A stretch of DNA of 64,000 nucleotides from Camelus ferus (Eukaryota): contig NC_045697.1 of assembly GCF_009834535.1 (NCBI RefSeq), positions 66,342,001 through 66,406,000 of the forward strand. The letters are read 5' to 3'. Shown piece by piece: positions 1-13,560 of this stretch. The translations under genes were made by a program, and so were the position numbers. A model generated the notes under the pieces. It was given only the letters and a program-made list of their open reading frames with translations, had not been told where the DNA came from and did not search any database. The first letter of the stretch is position 1; each line of letters opens with the position of its first letter.

Positions 1-2672
1 AGGAAGAAATAATACTCTGTTTTTACATACTCCAGAGCCTATCACTCCAGGGGACGTAGAAATACTCAATAAATAGTTACTGCCCTGAGTTGTAGAGACT
101 GTTACTTTAAAAAATACAGTAATTTTTGCTATGTTTGCCTGATACATTTAGAAATAATTAAGAAGTTATTAGTGAGATTGAGTGACAAACTGGTCATTTT
201 TGAGTGTTTGATGGCAGTAGTCTCCTCGGAATTTCAAATAAACCTTGTGTCCATGGCATTGAGAGCTTTTGAAAGAATTGAAATTCAAGTCATTCCCAAC
301 TGTTTCCAGTAACTGTTGTTGCTATTAAGGTCTCGAAGGCTGAAATAGCTTGGGCTTTATGTGATTTGGAAAGTAAACGGGAGTGATTGACTGTGCAGAA
401 CACAAGCGGCAGAGTATTTATACTGTTGAACTTTGCAGCTTATTTCTTCTTTCACATATCTTAAAGGCTGTGTTTTCATAATAAACCAGCTTTATAAATA
501 GATTTCTAAATGGTACTAGTCCCAATAATTTCTTTTATCAAGTACTATCGCTATTAACAGTCTTTCTCTGAAATTTAAAACATATAAAAATAGCCTCTCA
601 TTCATCTATTTTTTGTATATATGAATTTTAGTTTCTTGTGTTATACAGCAAGAGTTCATTTTTGCATTACAATAAAAACCTATAGGTGATAGTCTTGAAT
701 TCAGTGACCTCTCTTAAAATTGAGTCTGCCTTTATCTTGACTGTTTTGGCTGACATTTATAGTATTGTTTTCCTGTGTAATTCACCCTATTACAATGAAT
801 ATGAGGGACTTTCCAGATTCTTTTGTTTTACTGGAATTTTGCTACATGGACCGCGCTTTGAAATAATGGATTATTTATTAGTTCAGAATGTTTTTGTTAT
901 CCTGAGGATATGGGATATGTTTGGTTACTAAATTATTCTTAAAACTATGAAAAGTATTTTTGTATTTGAAAGATAAGCTGGTTAATTGCCTCCTTCAAAC
1001 TAGGATTTTAATCTTTTTGACACACTGAAATATAGAGCAATGTCTCTTTTCCAGATTTTATGGATTCAATAGTGTTTCTGTAGATTTCTTTTTCTAATGA
1101 GAAACCTGTTTGTTTTAGTAAGGCAAAGAATTATCTCCAAGGCATCAAAGTGAATTTGTCCTTAATTGAAACTTTGCTGTGATGTTTTTGATTTTTACAT
1201 GTAACTATTTACAGCTGAAATAATTTTATAATTATGCAGAAAAGAGTCCATTTTTATTTATACCTTTAAAGAGCTTATACTGGTTATAGCAATATTCATG
1301 TTTCCAAGGACTTTAGATAACAGTTTTTCTTCTCAGCTATCTGATGGGAAAAGTGTCAAAATTGCTAGGGATGGAATTTCAATCTTGTTTTTTTTAGCAC
1401 GCAGTAGGAAATTAGTAAGTAAAGCATATTAAAGAAAAAGAAACTAGAATTTTAAATTCTTGTTCCAGCAATACACTGAGCCCGGAGCTTTATATACCTC
1501 AGTCATTGAATCTTCACAGCTGTTTGACAGTCTCCCTCTGCTTTACAAGAAAGTGAAGCAAGTGCTTCAAAGTCACACAACTTGTAACTAAGGCAGAAGT
1601 CAAGCTCAGATCTGTTTCCCTCTTACTGTAATGATTTTTCGATAACATCACACTGTCTCTTTAAACAAAGGAATTTTAAATATATTTTTATTGTACAGTC
1701 ATCCTAATACCTGTTGTCTAGAAGTTCATTTTGCTTTTCCAAATACACCACAATAAGAATTTTTGCCATCAAATTTGTTCCATAGGAGGCACAGAAAGAG
1801 GTAAATTGTGGAGACATTTGTTTGATATTTAAGTAAATTTGAAATTCTGTGAAAAATACTAACAATGAGTTAATGCTCTTTGAAAAATTTGCTTTTGTAG
1901 AAGCTCACAAAATATTCTAGCGGTAATGTTACCTCACTCATTCCTCTAGCAGCTCCAATTCTCCAAATAAATTAAAGCAGCTTTAGTATCTTCATCTGTG
2001 AAGCAGTTTTTCAGTTGAATTAAAATGCATGGTTAAGTTCAAGTATAGAGAACAGGCGTCATAAATTCATAGCATTTTAGGGTTTGAAGCAATGCCAGCC
2101 ACCAACCTGTGTAGTACTTAGTCCAACTACATTATTTGTCTCTGGACTTAAAATTTTCTTTTTGATCTATGTAAAAAGTACCTACTGTGACCACTCTGAC
2201 AGTCATGACACTGGATTGGAGTTGTGCAGCAGAGGAGGAGAAGGATAGGTGTCAGCCTGTGAGCTTAACCTTCTCATCCCACATGCCTTTCACCCTGCTC
2301 TACTCTTCTCCATCTGTTTTGTGGTCTAATTACAATGTTCTTTTAGATGTCTTATCATATACCGAGAGTGGGAAATGTGTTGGATTTAATGGTAAATTGG
2401 TTTATAGGAAATGCCAAAACTGTTACAGAAACAACATGTTTCCTGTTTTCTCTCATCTTTTCTCCTACTTTCTTTTAAGTTGTTCATTTTCCTGCATTTC
2501 TTTTTTTCTTTAGAGCCTTCATTTGACTGAAAGGTGTCAAAATATCTTCCCCAAATTATACATCTAGAACTTGAATAAACCATATGTAATTGATTTACAA
2601 AAATAAGAAAAATGTTTATGTTACTTTCAGCTAACATAGAGACCTTAAAAATACTGAAGTACAGCCGCCCCC

Positions 2673-2675
<3 letters not shown>

Positions 2676-2714
<39 letters not shown>
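2676..2714. repeat. (AC)n microsatellite, about 19 units
   Basis: Direct reading. Confidence 0.97.
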
Positions 2715-2716
<2 letters not shown>

Positions 2717-3379
2717 TGGGACAAATGGTGATGGCAGAAAGGAACAGAGTAGCTTTGTTCAGTCACCAGAAGTTTGAAATTCTGAAAAGAATTTTTTAGA
2801 CTAAAGGCAGGGAGAGAGTTTACCAGAACACCAGAGAAGAGAGATCCTAGTTCAGAGTGATTCCGTGATTAAAGTACAAGGCAGGGTAAAAGTTAGTACA
2901 AGAAATATTCAGTTTTGCCAGGAATCAAATGAGATGAACCATGCTAAGGTTTAAAAGGACTATAAAAACTTCAGTAAGATGTGAATGAGTAACAAGTGAA
3001 CCGAGTTCTTGTGACTTATATCCATGCATGTGTATCTGTGTATAATCCATTATTCATACCCCCAAATTCGTTTGTATTGTAGAAAACTGTAGGTGTACTT
3101 TGGGCTGCTGACTGAATTTATTGGCTGAAGAGGACCTTCATGGAGAATGGAAAAACGTAGGGAGGATTGGGGCCACTGAGGCCATGACGGATGAAAGAGA
3201 AAGCACCGTCTTTTTCTTCTTCCCTTTCTCCCTTTCTTCTGAAGGCATATGTTTAACTACAGTTAAGTACATGGGCAGTGACTATGCTAGGATCAGAAAT
3301 AGATAAAGAAATAAATTCATCTCTTAGTTCAAGAAGCTCCAAATGGGAAGAAACGGGCATTTTTATAATACAGGTGGAT

Positions 3380-4450
3380 GACAGAGTGTGGGTGTGTACA
3401 CATAGCATCTGGAGCACAGAGGAAGGAGCAGAAGGAGGTGAAGAAGATGTCCCATGCGATCGTTCATGAGCCGAAGCTTGACTATAGACAAGGCCTTGCC
3501 AGGTGGTCAACAGTGGGAAGAAAGAGGGCATTTTAGGTGGAGAGCCCAGCTTAATGAAAGCCACACTGTGTTCTGAGAACTTGTCAATAGTTCACTAGGG
3601 CTGAAATGTAGTTCTTGAGAGAACAGGACCAATAGGAGATGGTTAGAGGGTTAAGAGGGTTTAGATTCTTTATAAAAGATTCTCAGCTACCATAAATAAA
3701 ATTTTGAATCTTGGTTCTTAGTTCATGGGAAACTAGAAAAGTTGTTTGGCAATACAGTAATACCGGGTTTAAAAATAAGAGTTAATATTTATTGAGCAGG
3801 TACTGGTTTTCAGGCATTCTTTTTAATGCTTTTCATATAAGTCATTGAATCCTTTTGAAAACTCTGTGAGGCATGGATGTTACTATTTTTCTTCTATCAG
3901 AAATAAGGAAATGGAGGGAAACAGTGCCTCAGGTCAGCTGTGGGATCCTGAGCCTGGGCACTGGGGCTGCGTATAATACGTGTAATGTGTGTAGGGCCAG
4001 GAAGGAAGGGAGGAGACCAGTTAGGAGACTGTTTCCTGAGTGTAGCTGGGAGCTGGTGAAGGCTGGGGCTAGATGGGGGTCGGGCAGAAAGGTGAGAGGT
4101 CTGATGGCGAGGATCGAAAGTTCCAAAACTGATTGAGTAACTTTCTGGTGAGCAACTTTACGGATTCAGGTCTTACTGCCTCCTCTATTGCTTCTCTCTT
4201 GCATTTAGAGCCCTGTTCTGTTCCTTCCATTTAGTTTGTCTCTCTTTGCTCCCATTAGTAGCACTTATTTACTTGTTCTTTTAACAAGTATTTGTCAGGT
4301 TTGTAGTTGGTGTGAGGCTCCAGGAATTACTGTGCAGTTACAGAGAAGAGAAAAAAAGACAACAGCCCCTGTCTTGCGTGGGTACTTGATGTAGTGTGAC
4401 AGGTGAGATAGCGCACAACCAGTAATTCAGGTTTGGGGTGAGAGAGGCCA
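3380..4450 (-). mobile_element. Degenerate L2 fragments interrupted by a MIR fragment (about 3780-3935)
   Basis: Motifs such as GGAAGGAGACCAGTTAGGAGACTGTT and TATTTATTGAGCA...TGAATCCT; boundaries approximate. Confidence 0.5.
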
Positions 4451-4984
4451 TCAGAATGATGCAGACGCCTGGGAAAGCCGTGTTCCTTTGAAAGTTTACT
4501 TCATCTTTCATTTATATTTCTCAAGAGATTTCAGAGTCATCTGGGCCAGCGAGGTCTTCAGTCCCTTGATTTCTTAAAGGCCAGAGCTGGGACCCTCATA
4601 GGGCCATTATATATTTATTCTATTTTTAGGGGTGTAGAATATGTACTGTCCCCCTAACATGAACAATCACACACCTCTTCCAAATTTCCCAACATTTTGG
4701 CCTTAAGGAAAAAAAAGGCTCATTAATATAAAACCTCATTCACATCTGCTAAGGGCAGAGGCCGTGCCTCTCTTGTTTACAATAGTATGTCCTGACCTTT
4801 CCTGTGTAGAGTTGCCCCATGGTTTGTGTTAAAATATTTGCTGAATTGAATACTGCATCAGAGGGTAAAAGTTTCCCAAAAATGCTTTTGCCAAGAACTT
4901 GGAAATGAGAGCACACGAGAGAGTACAGAAATGAGTGAGACTAATGAGCACGAGTTTGTGACACTAAATAAAACTATACTAAAT

Positions 4985-5397
4985 TGTAGTCACCGATTGG
5001 CAAGGACATTTTGTGGAGCAGCCCCATGTGCCATACTTCTCCCTGGGGAGCCATAACTCTAATGTCTCCATTTTTCCATCTTGATTATCCACCCAGCTCC
5101 CCCTTTGGCCCATCACCAGCTGGGGAGGGAGGTCATTCCTTCTTTCTGCTCCTTCTGCCTGTTGTGAGGACAGAGCTTCCCAGACATCTTCTCTGCCCAC
5201 TGGGACAGGGGCTGATGGAGGGTACAACTTCTGTCCCTCCAAATCAGCCCCTCCCCTGGTTGCTGGAGTCTGTGCCTGATTGGTCCTAACTTGACATTCA
5301 GTGGGCCACATTTAACAATGAGTGGAGGGAACTTGTGCTGTGACAAAGTCATAGTCTCCAAGTTCTGCTTGTTCACCTGCTGGCCTCAGGTGTGACA
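4985..5397. mobile_element. Possible old LTR
   Basis: GC-richer block of about 410 bp bounded by TG...CA with two ATTGG boxes; no target-site duplication visible. Confidence 0.3.
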
Positions 5398-6010
5398 GGT
5401 ACCCTGGGCAGAGGAGTGGCCTGCTCTTCTCTACTTTTTTGATATGAAATGGAGTCAAGGAGGTGGAATTTAAGACAGGAGTCCCCTCTTTGCTTCAACT
5501 GTGATCAGAAGCTCCGTATTTTGGGCCTTAATAGGGACTTGCATTTATAAAGGGTTTACATTTATTTCTCCTTTGTCAACCAGTCTTTGGTAGGACAGAG
5601 CCCTGCAGAGAAGGAGGTGTCAGTGATACACTTACCTTCTAGGTGAGAAGTGGTTTGGGCCCATCTGGTCAGTACATTTCATGGACTGCTTAAGTGGCTG
5701 ATACGTCTCTTTGGCTTAGAAGACAAAATCATTGTATTTCAGTAGCAATACATTGACTGAAACAGTATTTCACTTGGGTGATGAGTATTTTTCCTTTTCT
5801 TTGTTAAACCATTCACTCTGTAATTCCATCTATTTCCAGTGAGCTTAAACCCCTTTTATTTCATCTATTTAATGGATTGGGAGTGATTGGTACTTTTTCA
5901 AGGCTACTAGTAAATTTAGCCTAAGTTAGTCAAATAAATGAGAAAATCATTTAAAAATTGTTTTTTCTAGAAACAAACCTTAATGATTACAGTTGATAAT
6001 TTAAAAAATA

Positions 6011-6128
6011 GGGGGGCAGGGTATAGCTCAGTGGTACAGTGTGTGCTTAGCCTGCACAAGGTCCTGAGTTCAATTCCCGGCACCTCCATAATAAATAAAT
6101 AAACCTAGTTGTTCATCCCTCTAAAAAT
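6011..6128 (+). mobile_element. tRNA-derived SINE (resembles camelid Vic-1)
   Basis: GGGTATAGCTCAGTGGTA (A box), GAGTTCAATTCCC (B box), then AATAAATAAATAAACCTA tail; A-rich flanks. Confidence 0.88.
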
Positions 6129-6355
6129 ATATGTATTTACTGGGCTACCAACTACAATTTGGCAGTTATTTTTGCAGTGAGGAAAGAAATATGTGACATT
6201 TTCCATCCTGAAAAACATTAAAAAGCAGACATTTATATGTAGAATGTCTGTGTATTCATTAATTAATAATAATTACTAATACTTATTATATATCTACAGA
6301 TTAAGGTGCTTTGAATATGCTATCTCATCAAATCTTTTCAACACTCTTTTTGTAC

Positions 6356-6806
6356 TGTATTTTATAGTTTCCGGTAGCTTATGTAGCAGATTACCACAGA
6401 TTAAATGGCTTAAAGCAACAGATATTTTTTCTCTCACAATTTGGAGACCAGAAGTCTGAAATCAGTGGCAGAAGGGCTGCAGTCCCTCTGGAAGCTCTAG
6501 GGGAGAATCCTTCCTTGCCTCTTCAGCTTCAAGTGGCTGTCAGCATTCCTTACGGCTACATCAGTTCAGTCCCTGCCTTCATGGCCACTTTATCTCCTCC
6601 TCTTCCTATCTTCTCCTCTTCTGTCTGTTACAAGTAGATTTGTCCTTGGATACAGAGTCTACTCGGGTAATCCAGGATGAGCTCATTGAAAAGTCTCTAA
6701 CTTAATTATATCTGCAAAGACCCCTTTTCCAAATAGGTAACGTTCACAGGGTCTGGGTTTTAGGACATGGACATATCTTTTTGAGGACCACCATTCAACT
6801 CACTTT
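6356..6806 (-). mobile_element. MaLR LTR, MLT1B/C-like
   Basis: Typical segments GGCTTAAAGCAACAGA, CCAGAAGTCTGAAATC, TCTAGGGGAGAATCCTTCCTTGCCTCTT, TCTGCAAAGACCC. Confidence 0.82.
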
Positions 6807-7169
6807 AGGTACATGCTTTTATTACTCCAGCTTTCTGTGGAGACCCTGAGTAAGGGGTGAATCTGTTACGACTAGGAGCTGTGCCTCTCCCCCACTGCAC
6901 TGAGATGCCATGCTAATTTATTCTGCTCTGTTTGTAGCCCATCTGTTTTGAGGCATTATCTGTATGGTATCTAGTCCTTTATTTAATTAGGAATGAATTC
7001 ACACCTGGTAAATTTTTTCTACTTGTTGCGTACTGTTTTGGGAAGTATATGTGTAAAATTCACAGATGAATTCTCTCGATAAAGACTGGAGTTACCTTGC
7101 CATGGTTAACTCCAGCACAGAAAAGGCAGGCAGCATAGACTGGTTTTCCTGGTTCAGTGGAGACCAGTC

Positions 7170-7340
7170 AGAAACATCCAGACATCAGAGTTCTAATCCT
7201 GACTTTATCACTTAGTAGCTCTAGGACTATGAGCAAGTTACTTCAGTTCTTAAAACCTCTGTTTATTTACCCATAAATTAGGAATCGCTCTTTTATAGAA
7301 TAGTTAGATTAGTTGAGAAACTTAAACCTGAGCATTTAAT
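7170..7340 (+). mobile_element. MIR fragment
   Basis: GTTCTAATCCTGACT...GAGCAAGTTACTT...CCTCTGTTT core. Confidence 0.6.
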
Positions 7341-8748
7341 AGGTAGTTTGCCTAAATTATATAAATATTTGAAATATATAATTGCAATCCCTGTGAATTT
7401 CTTTAGGCTTATTTAGACCTCTTTACTAATAAGTTATACTTTTAAAACAATTCTCTATACCACAAATGATGGAGCTTGCTCCTTTAAATAAAAAAAATAA
7501 ATTTAATACATCAGCATCTTTTATTATCCATGTACATATGTATATTTTTAAAAGCCCAAATAATATTTGCTTTGCCTGTTTGTGGTAGCTCCATCAGCAC
7601 ATTTTGGTTTCGTTGTTTATGTATGTTTAAAAAAAATTGTTTTCCTCTTACCCAGTGCCTGACACACATACCAAAAAGGGGAAAATTATAAGAAAGAATG
7701 TTGCTCAGATCACATTATTGAATTATTGTGCTCTCAGCATTTTGTGAGTGATAGCTTCTTCCTAAGGAGACATTTTTGTCAAGGTTGGAGGTCATTGTTT
7801 CTTTTTAAGAGCACTATGTTCCAGTTCTAAATAGTATTTCCTTGATGGGAAACATGACCATCTTTCATTTTCTTGTCATTTTTAGTAGATGTTTGTTTTT
7901 GAATACTGGATACTGGATAAAACAAACTGCCCCAGTCTAGTTGTTCTTATGCATTCTTGTTTGTTTTTCACAGTTGCATAAGCCTATTTGATAAGGTCAT
8001 AGTGCTTGGATTTATTTTTCATTTATTTTTCTGATGAAAGGACTGATTTTTTTTTTCAATATTGCCTTCTCCTCTCTTATTAAATTCCTGACAACTGACG
8101 AATTTTCAAAACTAAATGTTTTAGGAAACATTATTTTTGTGAAATATGTCTTACTTTTTGCTATTTTATAAAAACTCTTAGAGTGTAGTCTTAACATAAT
8201 CTATCTTGCGTAGGAGGTGTTATTTAGATAGTGAAAAAAAAGCCTGTGAAGTTATAGGCCCAAATGAGTAGTATCTGTAAAATTTGTTATCCACTTTTGT
8301 GCAGATGGTACAATGATGGATGCATAATTTTGACCATTAGCATTTATGATACTTGCTTCAGGAAGAGTGTATTATCACAGAGCTGAATGTAGTGATGGAT
8401 TTTTCAAACTAGTCTAATGCAGTATTTTAATTAGTAATGATATTGCATTGCTAATACTGCCCCTGCTATTAATTTTTCCCTGCAGTAGAAAATGGTTTTT
8501 TGTTCCTACCATGACCCATTTAAATATCCTCACCCCACCATGTTATGACGCATTAAAATACCCTCTCCCCACCACGTCCATATATACATCCATGTGCACA
8601 CAGCCACATTTCTACTCAAAACAAAATAGTTTCATATTTAAGTTACAGTGCAGAAAAAGAAGGTAAACTTTACCTAGAGAAATGTATGTAAGTAACAGTT
8701 TTCCTCTTTGTATTTACTTTTTTTTTTTTTGATATCAGACAAAAGCTA

Positions 8749-9211
8749 CAGGCATACTTCGGATATATTGTGGGCTCAGTTCAGGACCACCTCAATAGAG
8801 TGAATATTGCAGTAAACTGAGTCACATGACATTTTTGGTTTCTTGGGGTGTGTAAAAGTTATGTTTACACTATAAAAGGTAGTCTGTTAAGTGTGCAGTG
8901 GCATTATGTCAAAAACAATGCACATACCTTAATTAAAAATATTTTATTGCTGAAATATGCTAACTATCATTTGAGCTTTCAGCGAGTCATAGTGGTAACA
9001 TCAAAGATCGCTGATTAAAGATCACCATGACAAATACAATATAATAAAAAAGTTTGAAATTTTGTGAGAATTAATTAACAAAAGGTGGTGTGGAGACTCG
9101 AAAGGAGTAAATACTGGTGCAAAAAATGGCACCAGTAGACTTGCTGGACACAGGGTTGCCATACACCTTCAACGTGTAAAAAGCAAAGTACAATAAAACA
9201 GAGTATGCCTT
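8749..9211 (-). mobile_element. Internally deleted Tigger1-type DNA transposon (MITE)
   Basis: Terminal inverted repeats CAGGCATACT / AGTATGCCT, TA at 8747-8748 and 9212-9213. Confidence 0.85.
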
Positions 9212-9861
9212 TATTTGGAAATCTTTGGAGTTTACTCTGAAGAGGTTTCAGATGGGTTCTGTTTTCTGGTACTCTTACGCTTTAGAAAATATATTAATGT
9301 GTTTAATATGTATCTGATATTAAATATAAATGAAAATTTCCATTATTGATAGAAGATGTTCTGAAACATGTGTAGGTGTTCTTGAATTTTTAACATCCCA
9401 TCTATAATTTGAAGTAACTTTTAAAATATAAAGCAAAATTTAATCTATGGTAAGAGGCATGAAAACATCAGGGATATCAAATTTTTTAACTTTTAGTATT
9501 TTAGCATATATATATTACTTGTAATTTTTACTTAATATATTCAACCCTAGCATTCCCTTTTAAATCTAAATATGTAATGGATTTAAGGTATTAGAAATTG
9601 CATCTGAGTTATGTTGTGGTTATCTCATTGGCATTGTAACATCTAGGTTTACAGTTAACTGTTAGTGATTTTAGGCTTAATGAAAAAAAAAAAAAGCATT
9701 TATATAAAGTTAGTGGTAAAACTTCAGTTAATCCCAAAACATCAGGGCATAGCTAATTCTGAATAACTGAATTTTCCAGATAAATTGACATTAGATACCT
9801 CAGTGCTTAAAATGTTTACTGTAGCATTTTCATAAAAGCCTTTCAAAAGATGATTTCTTTG

Positions 9862-10390
9862 TGTATTAGTTTCCTATTGCAGCTGTGACAAATTACCACA
9901 AACCTAGTGGCTGAAAAAAAACCTTCACAAATTTATTATCTTACAATTCTGGAGGTCAGAAGTCCCAAATGAGTCTCACTGAGCTAGAATTAATGTGTTG
10001 GCAAGGTTGCCTTCCTTTCTGGAGGCTCTGGGGTACATCTGTTCTCTTGCTTTTTCCGTCTTCTAGAGACCACCGGCTCTCCTTGGCTCCTGCCCGTTCC
10101 TTCCATCTTTAAAGGCAGCAAAGCCTGCAGTCTCTCACCTCACCTCATTCCAACACTGACTCCTTGGCCTCCCTCCTCCATATTTAAGGACCTCTGTCAT
10201 TACACTGGGCCCACTGGAGAATCCAGCCTAATCTCCCTATTTTAAGGTCATCTAATTAGCAGCTTTAATCCCACTTTCAGGATATCTTAATTCCCCCCTG
10301 CCATGTAATTTAGCATTATTTATGGATTCTGGAGATGAGGACAGGAACATCTTTGGGATGTCTGTTTGGGCCATTATTCTGCCTACCACA
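9862..10390 (-). mobile_element. MaLR LTR, MLT1D-like
   Basis: TGTATTAGTTTCCTATTGC...CAAATTACCACAAAC at one end, GGCCATTATTCTGCCTACCACA at the other. Confidence 0.88.
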
Positions 10391-10403
10391 CTTTGCCTTT
10401 TTA

Positions 10404-10532
10404 TTTGTATTGTTTGTTTTCTGAGGGGGAGGTAATTAGGTTTCTTCATTGATTTCCGCTTGGAGGAGGTATTGGGGATTGAACCCGGGACCTCTTGGAT
10501 GCTGAACATGCGCTCTACCACTTGAGCTATAC
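10404..10532 (-). mobile_element. tRNA-derived SINE (resembles camelid Vic-1), slightly 5' truncated
   Basis: Reverse complement GTATAGCTCAAGTGGTAGAGCGCATG...GGGTTCAATCCCC...AAACCTAATTACCTCCCCC; direct repeat ACTTTGCCTTTTTA at 10390-10403 and 10531-10544. Confidence 0.9.
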
Positions 10533-10997
10533 TTTGCCTTTTTAAAGTATTCAATTATGTGTACTGAACTGATTGTGATTGTGTAGATTGCACGAGATGG
10601 TCGGTCTGAGTGACTTACTTTATCACTGTCCACTAGCTTGGTTAGCAGGCCTTGTTTGTGGCTCACTAGAAGTTTTGGTTGGTGACTGTGCTTCTGCAAG
10701 CACAGCAGAGCTTTTCTGTACCAGCGTCACTAAGGGCTGTTATTGGGATACAAATCAGTGTTCTGACACCCCTTCTCACTCCTGGGAGGTATAGTGCCAT
10801 TAAATACTCTTTCAGTTGTTCACCCTTTTTATTACGGAAAAGCCCTTTCCCATCCTTTATCGCCATGTCTCTTACCATCACCACAGTTGGCGTGTCTGAC
10901 TTCTGGTCACTTAGGGTGGTCACTGATCTTTATCAGATTCTAGTCTTGCTCTGGTCTTTTTGCTGTCTGTTGTACCCTTTATTCACATTTTTTTTCT

Positions 10998-11030
10998 TGT
11001 TTGTTGTTGTTGTTGTTGTTGTTGTTGTTG
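10998..11030. repeat. (GTT)n microsatellite
   Basis: Direct reading. Confidence 0.93.
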
Positions 11031-12984
11031 CTGTTGTTTTTTAAGATGAAGAAATGAGAGTTTGGGTAACTTGCACAGGATTACTCATCAATGGCTGATT
11101 CAGGATTTGAACCCAAGGTTACTTAATCCAGGAGAGCCCATGCTTACCTCTCCACTGAATTGCTGTCCAACATTTATTCCAAACCCTGAGCCTTTTCTTG
11201 GAAATCCGTCTGTCATGACATTTTAATTTAGAGGGTTTTGCAACTAGAAGGGAGAACCTTTCATGGAACATGATTTCATTTACCGGGAAGATAGGAGTAA
11301 GATGGGCTGATACTCTCACTCTCCCTTACCTCGTTCAAGAGCTAATACAGGAAATCTGAGGGATAATGTCTGTGTTTCAGTAGATTCAGTAGAAATAGTT
11401 CATATACACCCATTTCTCAACTTAGAAGGAGATAAGGAACTGGGCTATTTTTGTGACATTCTTCTAAGGGAAGATAAGAGAGGAAATAAAGGCGTGAACC
11501 AAAAGACATCAGATATAAAGTGCCTGTTTGTTCCCTGTGAGTCACTGACTTATTCTGCTTTGAAAACATGTTAGGAATTCATCTAATCTTCTTCAGGGCA
11601 CACCCACTTCCCTCTAAGCCTTAGTAGAGTTCACAGATAAATTGGTCTTTCTCAGCTCACTTTTGCTATGCAGTCACCTTGCCAACGGTGATTGGTGTCC
11701 TGCGGCTGGCCAGACTTCCTATTCTGTCTGTTTCTTCCGTATATAAATGAGTACCTGGCTAACATATTTTCCAGTCCTAAACCTTCCTTTGCCTAGGCGA
11801 TGTTGCTGTGAGCTGAAAGAGCCGTCTAAGTTACTAAGTACATATTGGTGGTCACTTTGTTGTTTAATTCATGTTTTGCTTTACTTGACTACTCTTCTTA
11901 GCTTCCTACATCCTCGGTTTCCACAAATGATTATTTGCCGAAAACAGTCATTTTATGCATATTTACTCTCTGTCCTGAAGTTTAGGACACTGTATGCAGA
12001 GTTAATTTTCCTTTGTTTGCGTGCTAGTGCTCTGTTTGGGCCAAATAGTGCCTGAAGCTTCTTCTTACTCTTGTTTACAGTGAGGAGACTCTATACAGAG
12101 TATATAGTTCATTGCTAAATGACTTCTGTACTCCTTAACTGCTTCCTTCCCTCCTCCCTCCCTTTCTATCTTAATGTACGCATTCTCATTCTCTTGTTAG
12201 ATTGCCTGTTTGTATCCCTTCCCAGAAAAGGCCCTTAAAAGGCATGAGCTGGAACTTATATTTTCACATATTTATATTTCTTTAGCTTTGAATTTTTCTT
12301 TTAGAAGAAGAGAATGCATAAAAAATATTCTCTATGTTGGAAATTATACTAGAAATTGGATTCATCATTAGAGACCGTACTAGAAACAGGGATTCGTGCT
12401 CTTTGCGTCTATTGTCAGCTTTTTCAGAAAGATCTAGAAATGTTTTATGCCTCATTGATTAAACCAAAAGAATATCTGGTGTAACTTAAAGAGATTTGGC
12501 GTCCAAATGGTCCAAAATATTCAAGTCGCTATTTTTGAAAGTAACTACTGCCTCCAACAAAACTATTTTGAAAATCTATATGAGGTAATTTGCAGCTGAG
12601 AAAATTAAGTTAAAACCTGAGAAAATTTCTTTGCTATAGCAAATTATTACCTTCTGGATCTCCTGGATAAATGAATTATTCTTTTTAGCTGAGGGAGAGT
12701 ACTTGGTGCAATGGAAAGAATATGGAGTGTCAGACAGAGGTGAAGTTTATCCTGATAACATTTACCTGATCTCTGTATTAGAAAGTGCATGATTTGACAT
12801 TCCTGAGAGTTCAGAATCTTTTTTATAAGCAGCATTTATTATAAGGGTGCCAAAGATGCAGTTGTAGGTAGCAGCATGGTGTAATGAAAAGTTTTTGATT
12901 TGGATTTTAGTTCAAGATTTGAGTCTCTGCTCTGCCATTTCCTAATCCTGAGGACCTTAGGAAATTTTTGGTTTTTCTTCTTTT

Positions 12985-13560
12985 TTTAAAAACCACAAAA
13001 TTTTGTTAATTACTTTTTTGATTGAGTAGTATATTCATATTGTTAAAACTCCAAAAGTTACAAAGCTTTTGCTGTAAAAATTCTTTTTCCTTCCTCCTGT
13101 CCCTCAGTCAACTAGTTGTCTTCCATAGAGCATCCAGTAGGAGACAATTAAATATACTTTGATGTATATGTATATTGAAACACTTTGCAGCAGTATTTTT
13201 GCAGAGATATTTTATGCATGTAAGAGCAATGCACATGTATGTTTCCTAAAGATGATAGATACTATGCATACTGTTTGATAACTTCTCTTTTTAACTTAAC
13301 TTCTTAAAACTTCAGTTGATTTAAGGGATCTTTCTATATCAGTAATTAAAACTTGTTCATTTTAAAAATAGGTACATAATGTTTCACTGTATGGATCAGA
13401 ATCTGTTGCGCTTATTTCCTATTGTTGGACTTTTAGTTTGCTCTTAACAATGTCTTAATGGTTTACTTTAAAAGTGCTTCATTTCATATATGTGTGAGTA
13501 TATCTGTGGAATAAATATCTAGAAATGGAAGCAGCAGGTCAGAGAGTATATCCATTCTTT
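12985..13560 (-). mobile_element. Old L1M 3' fragment
   Basis: GAGTATATCTGTGGAATAAATATCTAGAAATGGAA...GGTCAGAGAGTAT and related degenerate L1 3' motifs. Confidence 0.6.

Noticed and set aside
2386..2766. ORFs with CVCVCV or poly-V runs (also 10679..11044)
   Set aside because: Translations of the (AC)n and (GTT)n microsatellites
6011..6090. tRNA-like sequence (also 10460-10532 on the minus strand)
   Set aside because: Has a SINE tail and flanking duplication, and the cloverleaf stems are degraded; a SINE, not a tRNA gene
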